DNA of 61,222 bases, the filler included, from Chiloscyllium plagiosum (lineage: Eukaryota): NCBI RefSeq assembly GCF_004010195.1. It is 3 parts of one record of this genome, joined end to end, with 100 filler letters (N's around TTAATTAATTAA, not from the genome) between each part and the next. Parts side by side here need not be neighbours in the genome. Positions count along the whole stretch, not along the records: positions 1 to 30,965 come from NC_057712.1; 2 more parts are not named here. One strand, written 5' to 3'. Each line of letters starts with the position of its first letter. Position 1 is the stretch's first letter. This document shows, in pieces, positions 12,610 to 23,278 of the stretch. The notes under the pieces were generated by a model. The model was not told where the DNA came from. It worked only from the letters and a program-made list of their open reading frames with translations, and did not search any database. Both the position numbers and the translations under genes were made by a program.

Positions 12610-13075
12610 CTCTGAAGTTTCTCTCCATTTACATAATAAGTTGCCCCTCTATTTCTCCGATCAAAATGAATAACCTCATACTTATCCACATTGAAGTTAA
12701 TCTTGAAAGGTTTGTCCCATTCACCTAAACTATCCATATTTATTTGTAAATTTCTTATTTCATCATTGTAACTTACTTTCCCATCCATTTTAGTGTCATC
12801 TGCAAATTTGGCAATTGTACTTTCTATCCTCACATCCAAGTTATTAATGGAGATTGTAAATAGTTGGGGCCCCAAGGACTTAATACTGTGGCACCCCATG
12901 AGTCACATCTTGGCAACCAGAAAAAGACATATTTATTCCAACACTCTGCTTTTTGTTGGCGAGCCAATCGTCTTTCCAAGCTAATAAATTACCCCACCCC
13001 ATATGATCCTTTTTTAACTGTTAACCTTTAGAGCAGCACTTTATCAAATGACTTCTGGAAGTACAGCTATATTAA
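12610..13075 (-). mobile_element. CR1 RT fragment
   Basis: ORF 12558-12899: LGPQLFTISINNLD...AKFADDTKM...FNVDKYEVIHF. Confidence 0.85.
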
Positions 13076-13132
13076 GTCTACAGGATCCCTACAAAGAACT
13101 TTGTTTTGTGGACAGGATATACTTGGGCAATA

Positions 13133-13339
13133 GTCGAGAGTGTGGTGCTGGTAAAGCACAGCAGGTCAGGCAGCATCCGAAAAGCAGGAGAATCAACATT
13201 TTTATTCATATATGTATATATATAGCAATGACAGAAACATTGATTCTCCTGCTTCTCAGATGCTGCCAGACCAGCTGTGCTTTTCCAGCACCACACTCTT
13301 GACTCTGATCTCCAGCATCTGCACTCCCCACTTTTTCCC
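13133..13339. mobile_element. Fold-back PLE-derived element (family A)
   Basis: Inverted arms around an AT-rich spacer; perfect 14-bp TSD atacttgggcaata at 13119-13132 and 13340-13353. Confidence 0.85.
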
Positions 13340-13429
13340 ATACTTGGGCAATAATCCACATTGTCAGTTTGATGCCAGTGAAGTTGCTGTACTGGAATGG
13401 CTTAGCCAGTAGTATGGCTAACTTTGGAG

Positions 13430-16400
13430 CTGCAGGCGTCAGTGGGGATTGAAAGAAGCAAAAATGGCCTTTAGTAGAGTGATATGCTCTTCTTGTCAGA
13501 TGTGGGAGTTTAGGGAGAGTTTACGGGTTACTGAGGATTATATCTGCAATAAATGCTGTTGGTTGTGAATCCTGTCAGATGGAATGAATTGGTTCGAGGC
13601 ATTGAGGAATTTACAAGAGTAAGGGGGTGTGATGGATGGCTGTTATAGGAAGGGAGAAAAGTTGAGATACAGTCACATAGATAAGTTTACTCCACGGAAG
13701 TTAAGAGAGGAGAAAGTGAGGTCTGCAGATGCTGGAGATCAGAGCTGGAAATATGTTGCTGGAAAAGCGCAGCAGGTCAGGCAGCATCTAGGGAACAGGA
13801 GAATCGATGTTTCGGGCATTAGCCCTTCTTCAGGAAGTTAAGAGAGGTAAGCAGGTAGTGCAGGAGTCGTCTGTGACTATCCCCATTTCAAAAAAGTATG
13901 CTGTTTTGGAAAATGTAGGTGGTGATGGATTCTCAGGGGAATGTAGCATAAACAGCCAAATTTCTGGTGTTGAGACTGGCTCTAATGCAATGAGGAGTAC
14001 ATCGGGTTCAAAGAGATCAATAGTGTTAGGGGGCTTTCGATCCGAGGCACAGATGTTTTTGTGGCCAGCAGCGAAAAATCAGAATGGTGTGTTGCTTTCC
14101 TAGTGCCAGGATCAAGGATGTCTCAGAGAGGGTGCAGAATGTTCTCAAGGAGGAAAGGGCCCAGCAGCAGGTCATCGTACACGATGGAACCAATGACATA
14201 TGAAGGGAAAAGGACGAGATTTTGAATGGAGAATATAGAGAGTTAGGTAGGAACTTAAAAAGGAAGTTCTCAAGGGTAGTAATATTCGGATTACTCCTGG
14301 TACTGTGAGCTAGTGAGGGCAGGAATAGGAGGATACAGCAGATGAATGCAAGGCTGAGGAGCTGGTGTATGGAAGAAGGAGTCACATTTTTGGATCATTG
14401 GAATCTCTTCTGGGGTAGAAGTGACCTGTACAAGAAGGACAGATTGCAACTAAATTGGAAGGGGACTAATATACTGGCAGGGAGATTTGCTAGAGCTGCT
14501 CGGGAGGATTTAAACTAGTAAGGTAGGGCAGGGTGGGACTCAGGGAGATAGTGAGACTGGTACGGTTGAGAAAAGAAACAAGTCAAACAGTCAGGGCAGG
14601 CAGGACAAAGCAGAGAACAAGGTAGGAATGATAAATTAAACTGCATTTATTTCAATGCAAGAGGCCTAACAGGTAAGGCAGATGAACTCAAGAGCATGGT
14701 TAGAAACATGGGACTGGGATATCATAACAATTACAGAAACGTGGCTCAGGGATGGACAGGACGGGCAGCTTAATGTTCCAAGATACAAATATTACAGGAA
14801 GGACAGAAAGGGAGGCAAGAGAGGACAGTCAGTGGCATTTTTGATAAGAGATAGCATTGTCTGTACTGAGGGAGGCTATTCCTGGAAATGCATCCAAGGA
14901 AGTTATTTGGGTTGAACTGAGAAATTAGAAAGGGATGATCACTTTATTGGGATTGTATTATAGACCCCCTAATAGTCAGAGGGAAATTGAGAAACAAATT
15001 TGTAAGGAGATCTCAGTTATCTGTAAGAATAATAGGGTGGTTATGGGAGGGGATTTTAGTTTTCCAAACATAGACTAAGACTGCCATAATGTTAAGAGTT
15101 TAGATAGAGAGGAATTTGGTAAGTGTGTAAAGTGTGAACAAGAAACTTTTCTGATTCAGTATGTGGATGTACCCATGAGAGAAGGTGCAAAATTTGACCT
15201 ACTCTTGGGAAATAAGGCAGGGCAGGTGACTGAGGTATCAGGGGACAGCGACCATAATTCTATTAGTTTTAAAATAGTGATGGAAAAGGATAGACCAGAT
15301 CTACAAGTTGAAGATCTAAATTGGAGAAAGGCTAATTTTGATGGCATTAGGCAAGAACTTTCAAAAGCTGTTTGGGGGCAGATGTTCGCAGGTAAAGGGA
15401 TGGCTGGAAAATGGGAAGCCTTCAGAAATAAGATAACGAGAGTCCAGAGAAAGTATATTCCTGTTGGGTTAAGAGGAAAGGCTGGTAGGTGTAGGGAATG
15501 CTGGATGACAAAAGAAATTGAGGGTTTGGTTAAGAAAAAGAAGGAAGCATATGTAAGGTATAGACAGGATAGATCAAGTGAATCCTTAGAAGAGTATAAA
15601 GGAAGTAGGAGTATACTTAAGAGGGAAATCAGGAGGGCAGAAAGGGGACATGAGAGCTTTGGCAAATAGAGTTAGGGAGAATCCAAAGTGTTTTTACAAA
15701 TACATTCAGGACAAAAGGGTAACTAGGGAGGGAATAGGGCCCCTCAAAGATCAGCAAGGCGGCCTTTGTGTGGAGCCACAGGAGATGGGGGAGATACTAA
15801 ATGAGTATTTTGCATGTATTTACTGTGGAAAAGGACATGGAACATATATAATGAAGGGAAATAGATGGTAACATCTTGAAAAATGTCCATATTACGAGGA
15901 GGAGGTGCTGGATGTCATGAAAGCGGAAAAATCCCCAGGACCTGATCAGGTGTACCCTGGAACTCTGTGGGAAGCTAGGGAAGTGATTGCTGGGCCCCTT
16001 GCTGAGATATTTGTATCATCGATAGTCACACGTGAGCGCCAGAAGACTGGAGGTTGGCTAACGTGGTGCCACTATTTAAGAAAGATGGTAAGGAAAAGCC
16101 AGGGAACTATAGACCGGTGAGCCTGACATTGATGGTGAGCAAGTGTTGGAGAGAATCCTGAGAGACAGGATTTACATGTATTTGGAAAGGCAAGGACTGA
16201 TTAAGGATAGTTAACATGGCTTTGTGCGTGGGAAATCATGTCTCACAAACTTGATTGAGTTTTTTGAAGAAGTAACAAAGAAGATCGATGAGGGCAGAGC
16301 AGTGGACGTGATCTATATGGACTTCAGTAAGATGAGGTTCCCCATGAGAGATTGGATAGTAAGGTTAGATCTCACAGAATACAGGGAGAACCAGCCATCT

Positions 16401-17497
16401 GGATACAGAACTGGCTCAAAGATAGAAGACAGACAATGGTGGTGGAGGGTTGTTTTTCAGACTGGAGGCCTGTGGCCAGTGGAGTGTCACAAGGATTGAT
16501 GCTGGATCCACCACTTTGCATCATTTATAGAAGTTATTTGGATGTGAACATAGGAGGTGTAGTTAGTAAGTTTGCAGATGACACCAAAGTTGGAGGTATA
16601 GTGGACAGCGAAGAAGTTTACCTCAGATTACAACAGGATCTTGATCAGATGGGCCAATGGGCTGAGGAGTGGCAGATGGAGTTTAATTCAGATAAATGAG
16701 GTACTGCATTTTGGGAAAGCAAATCTTAGCAGGACTTTTACACTTAATGGTAAGGTCCTAGGGAGTGTTGTTGAACAAAGAGACCTTAGAGTGCAGGTTT
16801 ATAGCTCCTTGAAAGTAGAGTCACAGGTAGATAGGGTAGTGAAGAAGATATTTGGTATGCTTTACTTTATTGGTCGGAGTATTGAGTAAAGGAGTTGGGG
16901 AGGTCATGTTGCAGCTGTACAGGACATTGGTTAGGCCACTTGTGGAACATTGTATGCAATTCTGGTCCCCTTCCTATCGGAAAGATGTTGTGAAACTTCA
17001 AAGGGTTCAGGAAATATTGACAAGGATGTTGCCAGGTTGGAGGATTTGAGCTATCGGGAGAGGTTGAATAGGCTGGGGCTGTTTTCACTGGAGCGATGGA
17101 GGCTGAGGGGTGACCTTGTAGAGGTTTATAAAATCATGAGGGGCATGGATAGGATAAATAGATAAAGTCTTTTCCCTGGGATGGGGGAGTCCAGACCTGG
17201 ACGATATAGTTTTAGGGTGAGAGGGGAAAGATATAAAAAAGACCTGAGGGGTAACGTTTTCACTCAGAGGGTGGTACGTGTGTGGAATGAGCTGCCAGAA
17301 GAAGTGGTGGAGGCTGGTACAATTGCAACATTGAAAAGGCAAAGGATGGGTATATGAATAGGAAGGGTTTGGAGGGATATGGGCCAGTTGCTGGCAGGTG
17401 GGACTAGGTTGGGTTGGGATATCTGATCAGCATGGATGAGTTGGACTGAAGGGTCTGTTTCCATGCTGTACATCTCTATGACTCTATAACTCTATAT
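13430..17497 (+). mobile_element. Near full-length, inactivated CR1 (HER1-like) LINE: ORF1 (zinc finger plus esterase-like domain) and ORF2 (APE plus RT)
   Basis: ORF1 from ATG 13464: MAFSRVICSSCQMWE...YICNKC, then VCCFPSARIKDVSERVQ...VIVHDGTND. ORF2 pieces: DIITITETWL, KSPGPDQVYP, KSCLTNLIEFFEEV, SKFADDTK. (actctat)n tail. Many frameshifts and stops. Confidence 0.92.
13708..13836 (-). mobile_element. Short PLE-derived element (family A) inserted in CR1 ORF1
   Basis: Minus-strand CTGAAGAAGGGCTAATGCCCGAAACATC at 13806-13833. ggaagttaagagagg is duplicated at 13696-13710 and 13833-13847. Confidence 0.85.
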
Positions 17498-18289
17498 AAG
17501 GTGGAGTGAATTTGTTTGGCTAAAGACTAGCATCAGCGATGCTAGGGATCTTAGGAGAGGGCTGAGCTGGATTATTCACTAAGTATTTTTGACCAATGAG
17601 TACTGTAAATGCTTTGGTCATTGCAGGTGCAGATATTGTGGAGTTTAATTTGACCTCTCAGAATGGATATGCCAGCACGGCACATTTTAAATTATGGGAT
17701 CAGTTAGCTTTGCCTATCACATGCTGCTTTTGCTATTTGTAGCTTCAGAAGGTTGACTCACAATTTTGAGTATTCTTGGTGCTTCTCTTGGCATGTCCTT
17801 CTACACACGTCATTGATCCTCTGGATTGGTGGCAAAGGTAGAGTAGGGTGTGTGCAGAGCCACAGAGCTACAGATTGAATTCTTCTGTTGCTGCTGCTGA
17901 TGGTGCAAACCTTTCATGAATGCTATTTTCACAATGCTAGATATTTTCTTTTTGTCACGGTATTGATACCACATACCTTGATTGAGGATGTCCTCAGTTT
18001 GAAGACAGGACTTTACCACAAGAACTGTGCATTGGCTATTCCCACAAATACCATCGCCAGATTCACCTGCAATAGGGAGACTGGTGGAGATAAGGTTGAT
18101 ATTTTATGTTTATGTGTACTTTTAACACACCTTATGTGTACCTTTAACAGACATGCTCATGATATCATCACTGTATCATTGCATGTGACCTAAGGGCATA
18201 AAGCTCTCAGACTCTATTTTAACTGGGTCACTTGAAGCATGACATGCTGATGGAAGTGTGCACCACTTTGAAACTGCATAACTTAATTC

Positions 18290-19400
18290 TAGAATGAAAC
18301 AAAGGACTGCAAATGCTGGAAATCTGAAATAAAAACAAATTACTAGAAAAATTCAGCAGGTCTGGCAGCATTTGTGGAGAGAAAGCAGCATTAACGTTTT
18401 GAGTCCAGTGACTCTTCTACAGAACTGATGGTAGCTAGGTATATATGCTGAAGACAAAGGGCAGGGGCTGGGGTGAAAGGAGAGCAGATAGATGGGAATG
18501 GAGCTCAAAGACAGCGCAATGACCACATTTAGGCAGATAAAGGAATGGATAATGCTAAGCCAGAAAAGGAGAAAAGCTGATCATGGGGACTTTAAATAGG
18601 TGAAAATGCTGAAAGCAGTGATAACATGACAGGACCAGAGGTGTGGGGGTGGGTAAAAGACATAGAAAACTGTGTTCAGGTTCTAAAGGTATTGCTGTTG
18701 ATATTGAATTCTAAAAGCTGAAAAGTCTCCAATCGGAAATTGAGATGCTGTTCTTCCAGCTTGTGCTGAACTTCACTGGAGCACTGCAACAAACCCAAGA
18801 CAGAAGTGTTGGCTAATGAACACGGTGGTGTGTTGATGTGGCTGGAAACTGGAAGTTCAGGGTAATTTTTGAGGATAGAACATGAATGTTCCACAAAGCA
18901 GTTCTGTATTTCATCTCCCCATTGTAGAGCAGATCACATTTTGAACAGCGAATACAGTAGACTAGATTGAATGAAGGGTTGAAAAGTGTGATGTTGGAAA
19001 AGCACAGCAGGTCAGGCAGCTTCCGAGGAGCAGAAGAGTCGACGTTTCAGGGCTTATGCCTGAAACGTCGACTCTCTTGCCCCTCGGATGCTGCCTGACC
19101 TGCTGTACCTTTCCATTGCCACACCTATCAACTCTGACTCTCTATCATTTGCAGTCCTCACTTTCTCCCTAGATTGAGTGAAGTACAGGTAAATCATTAC
19201 TTCACCTGAAAAGTGTGTCTGAAGCTTTGGGGTAGTGAGGAGGGATAAATATTCCACCATCTATGATTGCATGGGATGGTTCTGAGCCAGTATGGGAAAG
19301 TGTTGGGAGTGAAAGAGAAGTGGTCCAGGGTGTTCCAGAGGAAACTATCCTGTGAAATACTGACAAGGAGAGGAGGGGAATATGTGTCTGATCGTGGCGG
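18290..19400 (-). mobile_element. Penelope-like element 3' part (GIY-YIG C-terminus and terminal repeat)
   Basis: ORF 18676-18894 PVSSHINTPPCSL...LGLLQCSSEVQHKLEEQHLNFRLETFQ parallels the GIY-YIG tails at 20.7, 39.5 and 46.2 kb. Confidence 0.75.
18977..19168. mobile_element. Fold-back PLE-derived element (family A) nested in an older PLE
   Basis: Palindrome centred on ggcttatgcc (~19051-19060); TSD ctagattga[a/g]tgaag at 18962-18976 and 19169-19183. Confidence 0.85.
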
Positions 19401-20044
19401 AAATGGCAGCTTATGATCCTGCTTAATTTTAGCCCAGTCATGGATTTGCCAGTGAATATAATATTTATGTAGATTACTGAGCTGTAATAAACATCTGCTG
19501 GCTCTTTCAGTATCACACCTTTGTTGTTTGTGTTGTGAGGGATAACATAAACAATGCTGCATCAACTAAACAAGCACTAATGAATGCAAAGTTCACTTTA
19601 GCAATCAAGGACGTTTTCTGTTCTTATTGATTCCTCATGACCTGCTGCAGGCCTCATCTGGCAGCTATGTCCTTCAAGACTAGCCAGCTCAATGAGCAGA
19701 GCTACTGCCAAGCCATTCTTTGAAATGGCCATTGAAGTTCCCCACGTAGAATATATTCTGTCCCCTTGTCACCCTCAGTGTCTCTTTTATGGTTTTTAAC
19801 ATGGAAATGTCAGGCATCCTTGATTGCTTGTCCATTTGTGCCCTGATACCATTGAAACCTCTGGCATGAACGTTAAGGACTCCCAGGACATTTTCCTCCT
19901 GACTGCACAGCCCTTTCTGATTGGATCAGTTGTAAGGTATGAACTACCCATGTCAGATTGTAAGAGAGTTCTTCCAATTTTGGCACATGTCTCAGATGTT
20001 AGTGTCAAGGATGTTGTATTTTGACTGGGCAGGATGTATGATTT

Positions 20045-21077
20045 AGGAGAAAGTGAGGACTGCAGATGCTGGAGATCAGAGTTGAGAGTGTGGTGCCGGT
20101 AAAGCACAGCATCCAAGGAGCAGGGGAATCGATGTTTCAGACATAAGACCTTCATCAAAAATGAGGTTTGTGAGCCAGGGGGGCAGCAAGATAAATGGGA
20201 GGCAGGGTGGGGCTGGGGGGAAGGTAGCTGAGAATGTGTTAGGTAGATGAAGGTGGGGAGAAGGTTATAGGTTGGAGAGGAGGGTGGAGCAGGTAGATGG
20301 GAAAGACGATGGACGGGTCAAGAGGCCAGTGCTGAGTTGGAGGCTTGGGACTGGAATAATGTAGGGGGAGGGAAAATGAGGAAATTGGTGAAATCCACAT
20401 TAATCCCTTGTTATTGCAGGGTCCCATCAGCCCACACCCCACTCAAGGCACCTTCCCCTGCCACCACAAGAAGTGCAAAGCCTGTACCCACACCTCGCTC
20501 CTCACCTCCGTCGAAGGCCCCAAAAGATCCTTCCATAACCAACAGAAAGTCACCTGTACATGTCATCGATTGTATTTGTTGCACTCGATGTGGTCTCCTC
20601 TACATCAGGAAGACAGGATGCCAACTCACGGATCGTTTCAGAGAACATCTCTTGGACACCTGCACCAACCAACCCCACCACCCCATGGCTGAATACATCA
20701 ACTCTCCACCCCACTCCCCCAAGGACATGCAGGTCCTGGGCCTCTTCCATCACCAAACCCTAACCACCTGACGCCTGGAGGAAGAACGCCTCATATTCTG
20801 CCTTGGGACCCTGCAACCACATGGGATCAATGTGGATTTCCTCAGTTTCCTCATTTACCCTCCCTCCACCTTATCCCAGTTCCAAGCCTCCAACTTGGCA
20901 CTACCCTCTTGACCAGTCCATCATCTTTCCCAACCATCCGCTCCACCCTCCTCTCCGACCTATCACCTTCTCCCCACCTTTATCTACCTTTCGCATTCTC
21001 ATCTACCTTCCTCCCAGTGCTACCCGCTCTCATTTATCTCTCAGCCCCCTTGGTCCACAAGCCTCATTCCTGATGAA
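20045..21077 (+). mobile_element. Penelope-like element with inverted terminal repeats and a GIY-YIG endonuclease remnant
   Basis: CICCTRCGLLYIRKTGCQLTDRFREHL (ORF 20337-20771). ~20160-20420 is inverted relative to ~20810-21075. Possible TSD aggatgta.g.ttt at 20031-20044 and 21078-21091. Confidence 0.85.
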
Positions 21078-22776
21078 AGGATGTACGTTTTGAAATTTTC
21101 ACTGCGAAGGTCAATTCTGGGCATCCAACTGGTTTTATTCTTATTTAACATTCCTTTCTGCATTGCTTTGATGCAATTGAATGGCTTGCTTGACCATTTC
21201 ATAGGTCCACTAAGAGTGAGCCACATTGTTGTTGGGGTCTGGAGTCATGTGTAGGACAGGCCAGGTAAGATGGCAGATGGATTTTTATGACAATTTGCTA
21301 GTGTCATGTTTATCATTTCAGACACCAGTTTTTTTATTCTGGATTTATGAATTAATGTTCTTGCACTTGCAATGGTGGGATTTGAACTTTTATCTTCAGG
21401 GCATTCAATTAAACCTCCAGACCCATCCAACATCATTTCCACTATGTTAGCATTCACTTCCATTGTTGATCTATTACTCTCAGCTTTCACTGGTTGAAGC
21501 AAACATGGGTTCATGGAGTTCACCATGAGATTGCTATCATAAGCTGAAGATTGGAAACAATGCTGTCAGTGACTTTCTGTTCGTTAACCTTGTCACAGGA
21601 AATGTTTACATCTATGAAACCAATTTGAATTAAAAAAAGGGAGGGTAAAGGAAGGATTCTTAACATGCAAATGCTTAAGTCAGTGTGAGAAACTGGGGAA
21701 TTTCTTTTTTTTTCATTTTTCTTTTGACTGGCTAAGTTGGATTTAGGAATTGGCATCAGTCACTGAATCTTGGAGGGAATCTCTCATGAGAGCTCAGAAC
21801 ACCTACCCATCCAGTTCAGTGTTCAAATTCAAGAAGAAGCATTTGTATTGAAAAGATTTTACAATTATTTCCTCTATTTGTTTTCTGGAACTAATTAACT
21901 GTTTGTTAGATGGCTAGGACCATTCCTTTGAAATGCCACTAGATGAGGATCAACAGACGAGAGAATAGATAAATCTAATATATCTGATGGCTGAATCACT
22001 AAAGGAAATGTTTGAAAAGAAAACAATAATGTCCCAGCATCAACAACTTGCCTTATAAGGTGGGAATCTTACAGCATATTTAGGTTGCTGTTAAACTTTA
22101 TTGAGAATAGTTATGAAAGGAAGGGCTTCTCAAGTGAATAAATTTTACAGTCATGTACTATTTAGCTCAAGTTTTATCTAAGAATCTCAAACTTCTAGAC
22201 TAGTCATTTGCAGCATCGATGTATAATTTAACATTATAAAGTTCCACACAATATCTCTCCCTTCCCAGTAGAAAAAAGCAATACTTCAATTCATTGTGAA
22301 TTGATTATATCTTAATTTTGTTAAGCATTATGCTTTAAGAGGCTGCCATGTATTATTCTATTTGTAAGGAAATCAATGTTTTTTGCCTGTACAACTTGGT
22401 CCAACGTAATGCTATTTTCCCATGAAGAATCGGTGAGGTTATGACCTTACAATATTATTGCTTGACTTTTAATAGAGAACCTCAGGTACTGTTCCAGGGT
22501 CCCAGGTTTGAACCCACCATGACAGATGGTGGAATTTGAACTCAATAAAAACCTGAAATTATGAGTCTAATGATGATCTTGAAACCATTGTCAATTGTCA
22601 GAAAAAGCTATCTAATATCCTCATATGTTTATAATGTGCCTTACACAGGAACCATGAACTGAATGAATTGGCTCTCTGCACTATAACATGGTGCAGGCTC
22701 TCAGCAGGAGTATAGAATTGGCTTAATGTGACTCCAGACCCACAGCAATGCGGCTGACTTTTAACTGCCCTCTAGG

Positions 22777-23278
22777 AAACTTGAAAAGTATGAGAAAAAG
22801 ATTTATAAGGATGTTGCCAGGGTTGGAGGGTTTGAGCTACATGAAGACGCTGAATAGGCTGGGATCATTTTCCCTGCAGCATCAGAGTCTGAGGGGTGAC
22901 CTTATAGGAGTTAAAAAAATTATGAAGGGATTGGATAGATTGAATAGTCAAGGTCTTTCCCCCAGGGTAGGGGAGTCTAAATCTAGAGGGCATAGCTTTA
23001 AGGCGAGATGGGAAAGATTTAAAATGGAACCTAAGGGGCAATTTTTTCACGTAGAGGGTAGTGCATTCATGGAATGAGCTGCCAGAGGACGTGAAAAGGC
23101 TGTTGCAATTACAACATTTAAAAGGCATCTGGATGGGTATATGAATACAAAGGGTTTAGAGGGATATGGGCCAAGTGCTGGCAAATGGGACTAAATTCAT
23201 TTAGGATATCTGGTTGGCATGCAAGAGTTGGATCAAAGGGTCTGTTTCCATGCTGTAAATCTCAATGACTCTATGACT
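22777..23278 (+). mobile_element. CR1 (HER1-like) 3' fragment
   Basis: RFIRMLPGLEGLSY...LRGDLI followed by a gactctatgac tail. Confidence 0.9.

Larger units (their letters stand above)
10880..21260 (-). mobile_element. Old CR1-group LINE, fragmented by nested insertions (pieces at ~10880-11515, 12135-12600, 13090-13430, 17500-18100, 19580-20040, 21090-21260)
   Basis: The piece at ~10890 matches the same family at 40441-40700. Sequence resumes across TSD-flanked inserts. Continuity of the pieces is inferred. Confidence 0.5.
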
